A stretch of 64,000 bases of DNA from the human T2T-CHM13v2.0 reference genome, Homo sapiens. Both the position numbers and the translations under genes were made by a program. Below are positions 12,271-25,984 of this stretch, piece by piece (within the stretch, counting starts at the first letter, position 1; each line of letters opens with the position of its first letter). Below the pieces are notes generated by a model, which worked only from the letters and a program-made list of their open reading frames with translations, ran no database searches and was not told where the DNA came from. The stretch lies in NCBI RefSeq assembly GCF_009914755.1, contig NC_060925.1; one strand, 5' to 3'.

Positions 12271-13525
12271 TGCATATGAACCGATAGCATATGAACATAT
12301 ATTTAGGCTTACCGTTAATAAGCATTCTGTTGTGTGAATTAAGTTGCTCTATACAAAACTGCTTTAAAATTTCCAAATTTAGCAAACAACAAAAACTAAT
12401 GCCCAGGTACACTTTTTAGAAAGTGCCCTGAACTCAATATCAGGATCCAACCGATAATTTCAGTAAAAACTGTTGCACTCCGAGTGGGAAAGCAAGTTAA
12501 CCAGTGCTTATTGGTTGCTCCGTATGTGGCACTTTTTAACGCAGTTGTCTCTACATTGATCTATGCCATGCACATCTCCTGACTCTTTCTCCTTCTCTCT
12601 TCCCTATATTTGCACTGCCTTGCCTCAGGTTCTCTTCATCTTCCATTTGTTACAAAATAATGAAAATTACTATAATTTGGATGATCTCCAGTACTCTTCT
12701 GACATCAATTTTATACTTTATTCTCTCACATTCCCTCATAATATCCAGTATTTTTACTTATTGTGGAAACACTTCTTTCCTTCATCATACAAATATCATT
12801 CAGAGTCATCTTCTCATTATTTCTTCTACAGATGTTTAGCCTTCCAGTGAAGAGGAATGAATATAAGTTTCAGTGTTAGAAAGACATGAGTTTGAATGAT
12901 ATTTTTTTTTCTTACTGTGAGAACATTCCAGTTTTCTTTTCTGCAGAATGGGAATAATAATATCTACCTGACAGGCTAGTTTCAAAATGAAATTGGAAAG
13001 TGCGTTATGTAAAGTTCTTAGACTGGTGACAGGTAGAGAAAAAGTTCCAAGTAAGTGCTAGTTTCTTTTATAAATGTGCCTGATCTTTAAGATATTTTGT
13101 TGATGCTCTGTACAAATTAGTTATATAAATCACATTTATTATTTATTACTGAAACTCAATTATTGGTGAGAGAGGAGAAAATAAACAAGAGTATGGTTTG
13201 TCAATTATGATGGTGGTCATTCTTTCTTACAAAAACAAAAATAACCTTATGTTGTAGGCCAACTCTCTGATAAGAGAATTTGTGGAATATTCATCCTTGT
13301 AAATGAAGAATTTATCATGGGTAAAATAAGAGCTGAAATGTGCTAATTACCTTAATCTGATTATTATACATCATATAGTTCAAAACATCACAAAATATCT
13401 TAGGACTATCTACAATTATTACTTGTCAATTAAAAAAATAAAATTCGATTGTTTTTAGCCCACCTGAAAGCAGCTGCAGAAAGAGCCACTGTTTTTAAAA
13501 CAGCTGAATTAAGTGATATAAACAG

Positions 13526-16500
13526 GAGGAGGCAGTGCAAGATGGCTGACTAGAAGCCTGCACCAATTGTCTTCCCCACAGGACTACCAAGCTGAACAAC
13601 TATCCACACAAAAAAGCACCTTCATAAGAACCAAGAATCAACTCAGGTACTAGCTTGGCTACAGTGGGGTAGAGTGCATGGCAGGCTCTTCAGGTCCCTG
13701 ATTCTAGGCCTTGGCTCTTGGATGGCATTTCTGGACCTGTCCTGGGCCAGAGGAGAACCACTGCTCGGAAAAGTGAGTCCCATGTCTGGCAGCATTCACA
13801 ACAAGCTGACTGAAGAACCCTTGGACCTTGAATGAACATCGATGGTTTCCAGGCAGTACTCACCATGGGCTTGGGGCAGGGGTGGCCACAGAAAGAGATA
13901 CCTCTGCTTGTGAAAAGGGAAAAGAAGGTTGCAACCGACTTTTTCCTGTGGCTTCGGTGCCAACTCAGCCTCAGTAGAATAGAGCACCAGGTAGATTTCT
14001 AAAGTTTCTGACTCCAGACCCTGGCTGCTGTACAGCATCTATGGACCTGCCTGGAACCAGGAGGAACTTGTCACCCTAAAGGGAAGAACACAAGCCTGGC
14101 TGGCTTCACTGCCTGCTGATTGTAGAGCCCTAGGGCTTTAAGCAAATGTGAGCAGTAGCCAGTCAGTAGTTGCTATGGACCTTGGATGAGATCCAGTACT
14201 TTGCTGACTTCTGGCCTGCCCAGTGCAGTTTCAGTGGCGATGGCCACAGGGGTGCTTGGTGAGCCATCCCCCAGCTCCAGGCAGCTCAGCACACAGAGGG
14301 AACTGATGTTTGGTGGGAGAAAGTAAGGGAAGAGAACAAGAGTCTCTGCCTGGTATTCCAGGTAATTCTCCCAGATCTTAGCCAAGACAACCAAGGCAGT
14401 ACTTCAACAAGTCTTCAAGAGCCACAGTGTTTCTGGGTTTGGGATGCCCCCTAATGCAGATATGGCTGCAGAGACCAAAAACTTAGATCACAACACTCGA
14501 GTCCCTTCTAATACCTAGAAAGTCTTCCCAAAAAAGATGGGTACAAACGAGCCCAGATTGCAAAGACAAAAATAAATACCTAACCCTTCAATGCCCAGAC
14601 ATTGACAAACACCCACAAATATCAAGACTATCCAGGAAAACATGACCTCACCAAATGAACTAAATAAGGCACCATTGACCAATCCTGGAGAGACAAGGAT
14701 ATGTGACCTTTCAGACAGATAATTTAAAATAGTTGTTTTGAGGAAATTCAATGAATCTTAAGATAACAGACAAAGAATTCAGAATCTTACCAGAGAAATT
14801 TAACAAAGAAATTGAACTAATTAAAAAGAATCAGGCAGAAATTCTGAAGTTGAAAAATGCAACTGACATACTGAATAACACATCAGAATTGCTTAACAGC
14901 AGAATTGGCCAAGAAAAAGAAAGAATTAGTGAGCTTGAAGGTAGGCTATTTGAAAATGCACAGTCAGAAGTGACAAAAAGAAAAAGGAATAAAAAAGAAT
15001 GAAGGCTGCCTACAAGATGTAGAAAATAGCCTCAAAAGGGCAAATCTAACAGTTATTGGCCATAAAGAGGAAGTGGAGAGATAGATTGGGGTAGAAAGTT
15101 TATTCGAAAGGATAATAACAGAGAACTTCCCAAACCTAGAGAAATATATCAATATTCAAATACAAGGTTTATAGAACATCAAACATATTTAACCTAAATA
15201 AGACTGTACCTCAAGACATTTAATAATCAAACTCCCAAACGTCAAGGATAAAGAAAGTATCCCAACAGTAGCAATAGAAAAGAAACAAATAACATACAAT
15301 GGAGTGCCAACAAAATAAAATCAAAAGGAAATAAAGACTTAAATCTAAGACCTTAAACTAAGACCTCAAACTAAGAGTAAATCTAAGACCTCCACAATAT
15401 TTAAATTTTAGAAAACATTGAGGAATCTCTCCAGGATACTGGTCTGGGCAAAGGTTTCTTGAGTAATACTCCACAAGAATAGGTTATCAAAGCCAGAATT
15501 CACAAATGGGATCACATCAAGTTAAAAAGCTTTTGCACTGCGAAGGAAACGATCAACTAAGTGAAGAAACAACCCACAGAATGGGAGAAAATATTTACAG
15601 TCTATCCATCTGACAAGGAATTCTTTTACTTACTATTACACTTTAAGTTCTGGGGTACATGTGCAGAATGTGCAGTTTTGTTACATAGGTATACACGTGC
15701 CATGGTGGTTTGCTACACCCATCAACCCGTTACCTACATTAGGTTTTTCTCCTAATGCTATTCCTCCCCTGGCCCCCCACCTCCTGACAGGCCCCAGTGT
15801 GTGATGTTCCCCTCCTGTGTCCATGTGTTCTCATTGTTCAACTCCCATTTATGAATGAGAACATGCGGTGTTTGGTTTTCTGTTCTTGTGATAGTTTGCT
15901 GAGAATGATGGTTTCCAGCTTTATCCATGTCCCTGCAAAGGACAAGAACTCATCCTTTCTTATGGCTGTGTAGTATTCCATGGTGTATATGTGCCACATT
16001 TTCTTCCAGTCTATTATTGGTGGACATTTGTGTTGGTTTTAAGTCTTTGCTATTGTGAATAGTGCCGCAATAAACATACGTGTGCAGTGTGCATGTGTCT
16101 TCATACTAGAATGATTCATAATCCTTTGGGTATATACCCAGTAATGGGATTGCTGTGTCAAGTGGTATTTCTACCTCTAGATAATTGAGGAATCACCACA
16201 CTGTCTTCCACAATGGTTGAACTAATTTACACTCCCACCAACAGTGTAAAAGTGTTCCTATTTCTCCACATCCTCTCCAGGAAAAAAGTCATTGTTTCCT
16301 GACTTTTTAATGATCGGCATTCTAACTGGTGTGAGATGGTATATCACTGTGGTTTTGATTTGCATTTCTCTAATGACAAGTGATGATGAGCATTTGTTCA
16401 TGTGTCTGTTGGCTGCATAAATGTCTTCTTTTGAGAAGTGTCTGTTCATAACCTTTGCCCACTTTTTGATGGGGTTGTTTTTTTCTTGTAAATTTGTTTA

Positions 16501-19500
16501 AGTTCTTTGTAGACTCTGGATATTAGCCCTTTGTCAGATGGATAGATTGCAAAAATTTTCTCCCATTCTGTAGGTTGTCTGTTCACTCTGATGGTAGTTT
16601 CTTTTGCTGTGCAGAAGCTCTTTAGTTTAATTAGATCCCATTTGTCAATTTTGGCTTTTGTTGCCATTGCTTTTGGTGTTTTAGACATGAAGTCTTCGCC
16701 CATGCCTATGTCCTGAATGGTACTGCCTAGGTTTTTCTTCTAGGATTTTTATGGTTTTAGGTCTTAGGTTTAAGTCTTTAATCCATCTTAAGTTGATTTT
16801 TTGTATAAGGTGTAAGGAAGGGGTCCAGTTTCAGTTTTCTGCATATGGCTAGCCAGTTTTCCTAACACTATTTATTAAATAGGGAATGTTTTCCCCATTG
16901 CCTGCTTGTGTCAGGTTTGTCAAAGATCAGATGGTTGTAGATGTGTGGTGTTATTTCTGAGGCCTCTATTCTGTTCCATTGGTCTGTATCTCTGTTTTGT
17001 TACCAGTACCATGCTGTTTTGGTTACTGTAGCCTTGTAGTATAGTTTGAAGTCAGGTAGTGTGATGCCACCAGCTTTGTTCTTTTTGCTTAGGATTGTCT
17101 TGACTATGTGGGCTCTTTTTTGGTTACATACAAAGTTTAAAGTAGTTTTTTCCAATTCTGTGAAGAAAGTCAATGGTAGCTTGATGGGGATAGCATTGAA
17201 TCTATAAATTACTTTGGGCAGTATGGCCATTTTCACAATATTGATTCTTCCTATCCATGAACATGGGTTGTTTTTCTATTTGTTTGTATCCTATCTTATT
17301 TCCTTGAGCAGTGGTTTGTAGTTCTCCTTGAAGAGTTCCTTCACATCCCTTGTAAGTTGTATTCCTAGGTATTTTATTCTCTTAGTAGCAATTGTGAATG
17401 GGAGTTCACTCATGATTTGGCTCTCTGTTTGTCTGTTATTGGTGTATAGGAATGCTTGTGATTTTTGCACACTGATTTTATATCCTGAGACTTTGCTGAA
17501 GTTGGTTATCAGCTTAAGGAGATGTTGGGCTGAGATGATGGGGTTTTCTAAAGATACAATCATGTCATCTGCAAACAGAGACAATTTGCCTTCCTCTCTC
17601 CCTATTTGAATACCCTTCATTTCTTCCTTTTGCCTGATTGTCCTGGACAGAACTTCCAATACTATATTGAACAGGAGTGGTGAGAGAGGGCATTCTTGTC
17701 TTGTGCTGGTTTATAAAGGGAATGCTTCCGGTTTTTGCCCATTCAGTATGATATTGACTGTGGGTTTGTCATAAATAGCTCTTATTATTTTGAGATATGT
17801 TCCATTGATACCTAGTTTATTGAGAGTTTTTAGCATGAAGGGTTGTTGAATTTTGTTGAAAGGTTTTCTGCCTCTCTTGAGATAATTATGTGGTTTTTGT
17901 CATTGGTTTTGTTTATATAATGTTTACGTTTATTGGTTTGTGTTTGTTGAAGCAGCCTTGCATGCCAGGGATGAAGCTGACTTGATCGTGGTGGATAAGC
18001 TTTTTGATGTGCTGCTGGGATTCAATTTGCCTGTATTTTATTAAGGATTTTTGCATCAGTGTTCTTCAGGGATATTGGCCTGAAATTTTCTTTTTTTGTT
18101 GTGTCCTGCCAGGTTTTGGTATTAGGATGATGCTGGCCTCATGAAATGAGTTAGGGAGGATTCCCTCCTTTTCTTTTGATTGGAATAGTTTCAGAAGGAA
18201 TGGTACCAGCTCCTCTTTGTACCTCTGGTAGAATTTGGCTGTGAATCCATCTGGTCCTGGATTTTTTTGGTTGGTAAGCTATTAATTGCTGCCAATTCAG
18301 AACTTGTTATTGGTCTATTCAGGGATTTGACTTCTTTCTAGTTTAGTCTTGGGAGGGTGTATATGTCCAGGAATTTATCCATTTATTGTAGATTTAGGTG
18401 TTTATAGTATTCTCTGATGGTAGTTTGTATTTCTGCGAGATCGGTGGTGATAACCCCTTTAGCATTTTTTGTTGCATCTATTTGATTCTTCTCTCTTTTC
18501 TTCTTTATTAGTCTGGCTAGAGGTCTATTTTGTTGATCTTTTCAAAAAGCCAGTTCCTGGATTCATTGATTTTTTTTGAAGGGTTTTAAGTGTCTTTGTC
18601 TCCTTTAGTTCTGCTCTGTTCTTATTTATTTCTTGTCTTCTGCTGGCTTTTGAATTTGTTTGCCGTTGCTTCTCTAGTTCTTTTAATTGTGATGTTAGGG
18701 TGTCAATTTCAGATCTTCCCTGCTTTCTCTTGTGGGCATTCAGTGCTATAAATTTCCATCTACACACCTGCTTTAAATGTGTCCCAGAGATTCTGGTATG
18801 TTGTGTCTTTGTTCTCATTAGTTTCAAAGAACATCTTTATTTCTGCCTTCATTTCATTATTTACCCAGTGGTCATTCAGGAGCAGGTTGTTCAGTTTCCA
18901 TGTAGTTGTGCAGTTTTGAGTGAGTTTCTTAATCCTGAGTTCTAGTTTGATTACACTGTGGTCTGAGAGACTGTTTGTTATAATTTCTGTGTTTTTTTTT
19001 GTTTTTTTTTTTATTTTTATTTTTTTTTGCATTTTCTGAGGAGTGTTTTACCTTCAATTATGTGGTCAATTTTAGAATAAGTGTGATTTGGTGCTGAGAA
19101 GAATGTATATTCTGTTCATTTGGGGTGGAGAATTCTGTAGATGTCTATTAGGTCTGCTTGGTCCAGAACTGAGTTCACGTCCTGAATATCCTTGTTAATT
19201 TTCTGTCTGATTGATCTGTCTAATATTGACAATGGGGTGTTAAAGTCTCCCACTATTATTGTATGGGAGTCTAAGTCTCTTTGTAGGTTTCTAAGAACTT
19301 GCTTTATGAATCTGGGTGCTCCTGTGTTGGGTGCATATTTATTTAGGATAGTTAGCTCTTCTTGTTGCATTGATCCCTTTACCATTATGTAATGCCCTTC
19401 TTTGTCTCTTTTGATCTTTGTTAGTTTAAAGTTTGTTTTTTCAGAGATTAGGATTGCAACTCTTGCTTTTTTTTGCTTTCCATTTGCTTGGTAAATATTC

Positions 19501-20592
19501 CTCCATCCTGACAAGGGATTCTTACCTGGAATATACAAGGAGCTCAAACAAGTCTACAGGAAAAAAATCAAATAATCTTATTAAATAATGGGCAAAAAAT
19601 CATAATAAACACATCTCAAAAGAAAACATTCAAACAGAAAACAGGCATATGGAAAAGAGCTCAACATTACTGATCATCAGAGAAATGAAAATCAAAAGTA
19701 CAATGAGATATCATTTCATCCCAGTAAAAATGGCTTTTATCAAAAGGATAAGCAATAATGAATAATGGGGCTGACGTGGAGAAAAGGGAACCCTCATACA
19801 TTGTTGGTGGAATGTAAATTAGTACAACCACTATGGAGAACTGTATGGAGTTTCTTCAAAAATCTGAAGATAGAACTATTACATGTTCTAGCAATTCCAC
19901 TACTGGATATTTATCCAAAGGAAATAAATCAGTATGTGGAAGAGATATCTGCACTCCCATGTTTATTGCAGCACCATTCGCACTAGCCAAGATTTGGAAG
20001 CAACCTACATGTTCATTGACAGAAACGTGGATAAAGTGGATAAAGAAAATGTGGTACATATACACAAGGGAGTACTTATTCAGCCATAAAAAGAATGAGA
20101 TCCTGTCATTTGCAACAACATGGTTGGAACTGGAGGACATTATGTTAAGTGAAATAAGCTAGGCACAGAAAGACAAATTTTGCATGTTCTCAGTCATTTA
20201 TGGGAGTAAATTTTAAAATAATTGAACTCATGCATATAGAGAGTAGAAAGAAGGTGATCAGAGGCTGGGAAGGGTAGTGGTTGGGGGTGGGAAGTGGGGG
20301 TGATTAACAGGTACAAAAATATAGTTAAATAGGATGAATAAACTTTAGTATTTGATAACACAACAGGGTGACTACAGTCAACAGTAAACCAACATGCATT
20401 TTAAAATATAGAGCATAATTGGAATGTTTGTAACAAAGAGAAAGGATAAATGCTTGAGATGATGGATACTCCATTTACCCTGATGTGATTATTATGCATT
20501 GTATTCCTGTATCAAAATATGTCAGTTACCCCTTAAATATGTATGACTACTATGTATGCACAGAAATTTTTTACAAAATTAAATTTTAAAAA
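13526..20592 (+). mobile_element. L1MA2/3-like LINE-1 with both termini, two internal deletions and a nested L1PA
   Basis: 5' end gaggaggcagtgcaagatggctgactagaagcc. ORF1 remnant 14751-15002 (KFNKEIELIKKNQAEILKLKN). ORF2 C-terminal remnants at 15320-15620 and 19508-20162 (DICTPMFIAA...LEDIMLSEIS). 3'UTR and A-tail to ~20592. Confidence 0.85.
15626..19507 (-). mobile_element. 5'-truncated L1PA7-like element (~3.9 kb) with a frameshifted ORF2
   Basis: ORF2 fragments include the endonuclease (GDFNTPL, 19116-19507), the RT (LFADDMIV, 17291-17659) and the C-terminus. TSD ctgacaagg[a/g]attctt at 15610-15625 and 19508-19523. Confidence 0.95.
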
Positions 20593-20741
20593 AGAACTCA
20601 AGCCAAGTAAACAGATTCAAGGAAACTTTAGTGAATTATTAGCTCTATGTAAGAGGACAATAGTCTAGTCTCTAAAATACCTTGTGAATTGAATGTAGAA
20701 CAGAGAGTGGGTATTTTGAAAATAAGATATCATTAGGTCAC

Positions 20742-21109
20742 TTTTTTGATAACTTTTATTTTAACTTTGGGGGTACATGTACAGGTTTGTTACATAGGTA
20801 AACTTGTGTCATGTGGGGTTGTTGTCCAGATTATTTAATCACTCAGGTATTAAGCCTAGTTCCCATTAGTTATTTTTCTTGATTCTTTTCCTTCTCCCAC
20901 CCTCCACTCTCGGATAGGCTCCAGTGTGTGTTGTTCCCCTCTATGTGCCTATGTATTCTTATCATTTAGCTCCCACCTATAAGTGAGAACATGCAGTATT
21001 TGGCTTTCTGTTCTGACATTAGTTTGCTAAGAATAATGGCCTCCAGCTCCATTCATGTCCCTGCAAAAGACATGATCTTATTCTTTTTTATGGCAGCATA
21101 GTATTCCAT
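20742..21109 (-). mobile_element. L1PA13-like 3' end
   Basis: gggggtacatgtacaggtttgttacataggtaaacttgtgtcatg...aagtgagaacatgcagtatttgg. Confidence 0.85.
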
Positions 21110-21259
21110 ACTACAGTATAACCTGTATGGAAGGACCATGAACCTAAAAATAATCATTTTATAAGTATAATCTGTAAGTTCACTCGCTAACTGTTCTTAT
21201 CTCTGCACATTCAGGGCTGAAGTTAGAGTGATCATGAAAGATTTAAAGTTGTGATCTGG

Positions 21260-21470
21260 CGATTGCTTGAGTACTGGTCCTCGCTATCCCTGTTTCATGT
21301 AGTGTAACCTGGGTGAGTTGATTAACCTTTTTGTGCCTTGATTCCCTAATCTACAAAATAAGAATATCAATGATTTCTACTTCAAAGATCGTGGTGAAGA
21401 TTAAATTAGATATCAATTAAAGTGTTTACACAGTGCCTGTCATATGGCAAGAGCTCAGTAAATATTAGCC
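21260..21470 (+). mobile_element. MIR
   Basis: Core-like tgtgccttgattccctaatctacaaaata and tail cagtgcctgtcatatggcaagagctcagtaaatattagc. Confidence 0.7.
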
Positions 21471-22789
21471 AAAATAAATACCATAAATTCTGGTTAATGA
21501 ATGTTATTAGAAGAAGAATCAACTATGAAAAAAACATACTTAGGGTTTAGAGTTAAAACCAAATAAAGTTTACTGGAGGTCTATGAATGCTTTTAATAAT
21601 ACTCATGCTTGTTTCTATAGGGCCTATGGGTAAGTGCCTGATATAAATGACACAGTCATGTTGATATGACCAAATTAAATACCTTTAGCTTTTCTTTTTT
21701 GGTCTCTGAAGCTTTTCCAACATCTTAACTCACTATCATGTGTAGTTTTTTTCATAATACAGTTCAATACTTTTTATAAACATACATGCAAATTAAGACA
21801 ACAGCCTCAATGTGTTCCCAGCAGCCAATTTTCTTTTCCTTTCATTGTATTCATTGCATTTAAGACAGTAACCTGCTGAAATGGGTGCATACAAAGTATA
21901 TTAGCCAATAACCATCTCTTCTCTGAAGGAGGGAGGTTAAAAGCAAGAAAAACTATTCCAAGGTAGGAATGTTGAGTTTTATTGCCACTACTTTGATTAA
22001 CTTGGACTCTTGTAGAAAGAGTAGCTCTTGTAGTGAAGCAATTATTCCCCCTGATGGAAGGTGCTCATAAGTACCTCCCTAAGCAAAGTGGCACCTGTCC
22101 CGTGGAATGCCCCATACTAAGAAGAATACCAAAAGTGGAATCCAGACAACTGGGCTGTAGTTAAGCTTCTTTGCATGTGATCTCTGTAAGGAAGTGTTTC
22201 TCCACCTGTAAGATAGCATAAAAATTACTATATATCAGGGTTATCTGTGTCATCTAAAGACATATAAGTAAAATACTTGGTAAATTATAAATAATTATAC
22301 AAATAGAAGGGATTAAATTATTGCAAATTTTTATTTTTACATAATGTTCACATTCCTTCTTTTTGTGACAAAACCTTGGTGTTGTAAAGCAAACAGGGAG
22401 AGCACTTTGGTAGGAGCAAGGTAAAGAGATGCTTGTTTGTCTAAGTGCCTTGCCATGTTTCACTTGGCTTCTGTCCTCCTTAGTGACAGAAACAATTTTT
22501 GGATAGGTAGTAAGTGGGTACCCTAAGGAAGCTGGCTGGGCATATGGCCAGATAAGTTTCAGCTGTGGAATGAAGCAAGTACATGGCTACTCAGTATATG
22601 TCTTTCATTTATTCACCCATTCACCTGCTTACTCACTCATCTATTCATTGATTTATTTATCTAGACATCATTCATCAAATATTTATTAAATACTAGCCCA
22701 GATGCTCGGGATCAGAGTGCTGACATATAAGATGGTTGTAATACATTGCTGAATTTGGGATTAAAAAATAGATCTAGTCTTTGCCCACT

Positions 22790-23250
22790 TTTTCACCATT
22801 CTCTCTCCCACCCCCTACCTACCCACCGCTGTCCCTGTCTCTCTCTGTTACAGCCATACACATCCTATTTCTATCACTTAATCATAGCACTCTTGTTCCT
22901 GACTGAGGAACTTTGCACTTCCTCTTACCCAGGTTTTCACCTGCTGAATCATTCCACCACTTAGGCTGTAGATCCAGACTCCCCTCTTTGGAGGCTTCTT
23001 TCCTTATTGCTCTAGCTAAAGTAGCACCTTCCAACCTCTTACCTATACTTTTCTATTTCCTAGCCTTCGTAGTTCTTATCACTAGCTGAAATTACATACA
23101 TTTGTTCAGCTTCCCTCAACTAGAACATAAGCTTCAGGAGCTCAGGGATGAAGTTATCACCAGTGCCCCGAGCAGCACCTGGCTCAGTTCTTCACATGCT
23201 TACCTGGCATATAAGCTCAAAAATATTTATTAAAAGGATAAATGAAAAGG
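22790..23250 (+). mobile_element. L2 3' end relic
   Basis: cttccctcaactagaacataagcttcaggagctcaggga...cctggcatataagctcaaaaatatttatt. Confidence 0.6.
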
Positions 23251-24389
23251 GAAGATGAAAAATGATAGACATTCTGTGTCCATCATCCTTCCACAAAACA
23301 CTACTTATATTACAGATAAATATTATACTGTCCTTCTCAGGAAATTTCAGAAGGCAAGAAAGCTATATTCATGGGATTTTAAAGGATAAGAAAGCTGCAT
23401 TTTTTCACCAGTTCATGTAGCTACATCTTAGCTGTATTTTGGGTAAGTGTAAGTGACATCTAAAGTCTACTAGCACGTATTTTTAAATAGTGGACATAGA
23501 CACTTGTCTCCCACCTACCTCCTGACCAGGATAGTTTAAATGCTCCTTATCTGTTCTGTCACACTGGGAATATCTCTAGGGCTATACTTTCTATATGTAC
23601 TACTTAGTGATTGCTTTTACTGCTGGATCCACCCTAGACACTAAGCTCTCTTTCTTATATACTTTGCTTTCCTAGAATCAAACATGGGCCCTGTACAAAG
23701 CAGATAAAGGGCAATTGTTTCTTGACCATTCCTTTGCGCAATAGAAAGAGGAACTTTTATGTATTAGAGATTGTGGTAGTTGCAGAGAATAAAACTGTAA
23801 AGAAGATGGGCATGGTTCCTGCACTTATAGGGTAAATAAAGCACATGGGTAAACACAGGCTAAATATTTTTAGTAGTTACACCATTAACAACAATATGGA
23901 TAGAGCTATTGTTCATGTCCAACTGTCAGATAACAACAAATAGATTGGCAAAGGAGCTGTAAGTGGATGAGAAGGGCCTTTATTTGATTCCAGCAGTTTG
24001 TGTCAGGCTAGATGATACATTTATTTCTAAATTGATTTTGACTAGCCATAAGCATCAAAATTCTCATTAGGAATTTGAAGTCATAATGTGATGCCTCTTA
24101 CAACTAACTGTGTCACTTCTATGTATTCTTATTGGAAAATTATTCTCTTTGAATATTAAAATTGACATTACTACCTTTTGAAATATTAAAAGGATCTAAA
24201 TATTTCTAGTGAAAGATTTGACATATAGAAAAAATTCTGCCAGAAACAAAAATCAAGCCTATAGTGTAATTTGAGATTTCCTTAAAGCCCTCCCTGACCC
24301 TTATATATCTTTTCCATATTTGACAAAGAGCAGATTCTTTCTACTATTAGCCTGAATTCAACACAAGTCTTTCATTGCACATGAAAGCT

Positions 24390-24700
24390 TAGATTCAATC
24401 ATCCATTAATTTATCCAACAAGTATTTTTTGAGAACCTACTATGTGCCTGGCACTGTTTTATACTTTGAGAATAACAGTAATAGTGGAGATGAAATCAGG
24501 CAGTGCAAATAAGCAGAGATGTGACTGAGATAATTTTACATAATGAAATAATATTTAAAAAGATGGTGGTTAGGGATAGGAGATACATTAGATGGGGTGG
24601 TCAAAAAAGATCTCCCTGGCATGTTGATTCTGGAAAAGAATAGCCCGTATGATTTAACAATGAGGGAAAATAGGAGATAAATCAGCATGTAGATGATATA
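24390..24700 (-). mobile_element. L2 relic
   Basis: ccaacaagtattttttgagaacctactatgtgcctggcactgtt, an inverted L2 tail. Confidence 0.65.
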
Positions 24701-25688
24701 AAAATAGAGCCACAGATGATAGTACATTTACCATGAGAAAAAGTCAGCATAGATTTCTATAAGTGAATCTTGGACACCATTGACAAGGAAGAATGGAATT
24801 TCCCCAAATATAAACTAACAAGTTGGCATAGAATTCTGCATGTGACAGTGTCCTATAAGTGTTATACTAATTATCATTAATATTTCAATGTCATATTTAC
24901 TGGAATTTTGCAGTAATGAAGTTTGGGTCTTGTAATCACAGCCAATGTTAGCATTTCTTAAGGAAATCCATATGACTTGAATTATCTTTACTACTGTAAA
25001 ATGAAGGACAATAAAAGTCATAAAGCAAAAGCAACTGTAATACTAACTAAATAATATGACTGTCATCTTGTGTAAAAGGAAGTTGCTTGACTTTGTGTAA
25101 ATAAGAATTACTGAACTGGTACTGAAACATAAAAAGCCAAAGTCTACTACCTAATAGTTTCACCAAGAAGATAAGAGAAAACTCACGATTTAGGAAATGT
25201 AAGGTGAATTGTACCTACAAAGTGAAAAGATATTAATACAGATTAATCTTACAAGATTAATCAACTATAAATTAGATCATTAGAACTTTAAAATTTAATT
25301 GGATTCATTACTTTCTAGTAATGGTATGAAATTTAATTATAAGACACACTACAAAATTTCTTGAAAAATTAAATTAGGACGTGGAAAAGTTTACTGCAGT
25401 TTGTCTGTGGGCAGTTCAGCTCCTGGAACATTGCACTTGAAAGAATATGGATTTTGAAAAGCACAAAAAAAAAAGGAGAGGTCAACTACACTATAAACTG
25501 TAGGTAGACAGAGATCCTACCTCTTATTTCATTTAAAATCCATGTGCCCCATATTAAGCACATGTCTAATAGGCCAAGAAATCAGTCTCCCACAAAATGT
25601 TTATTTGCCCCATTTTATAGGCAAGGCACTATGATACATACCAGATATTGAAGTTGGCTTTCATCTTACTACCTAATTGGAGGACAGA

Positions 25689-25722
25689 ACACACACACAC
25701 ACACACACACACCCACACACAC
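25689..25722. repeat. (CA)n microsatellite
   Basis: Seen directly. Confidence 0.9.
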
Positions 25723-25984
25723 CCACCTTGTGATGTAATACTGTATAATGTAATAAGGCACCAGCAAAACTCCAGCAAATGTATAGTTATCCCACTTGAT
25801 TTATTTAGACATGGATTCATATTGTCAAGGCACCATTCTTTAAAAAGTATTCCTTTGCAGATTTTCCTATTCTGTGGACTAGATTCTTGACTAAAATTAT
25901 ACATGAGTTGTAAAATACATGATGAGGCCCACATATTTCAGGGACTGATCTTTTAATGGAGTGATGAATGTAAAGACAATCAAA

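Noticed and set aside
19116-19547. 143-aa endonuclease-like ORF as a functional or domesticated gene
   Set aside because: It is a truncated L1 ORF2 endonuclease fragment fused by chance to antisense host L1. It begins at TTG rather than ATG, lacks the N-terminus and stops early.
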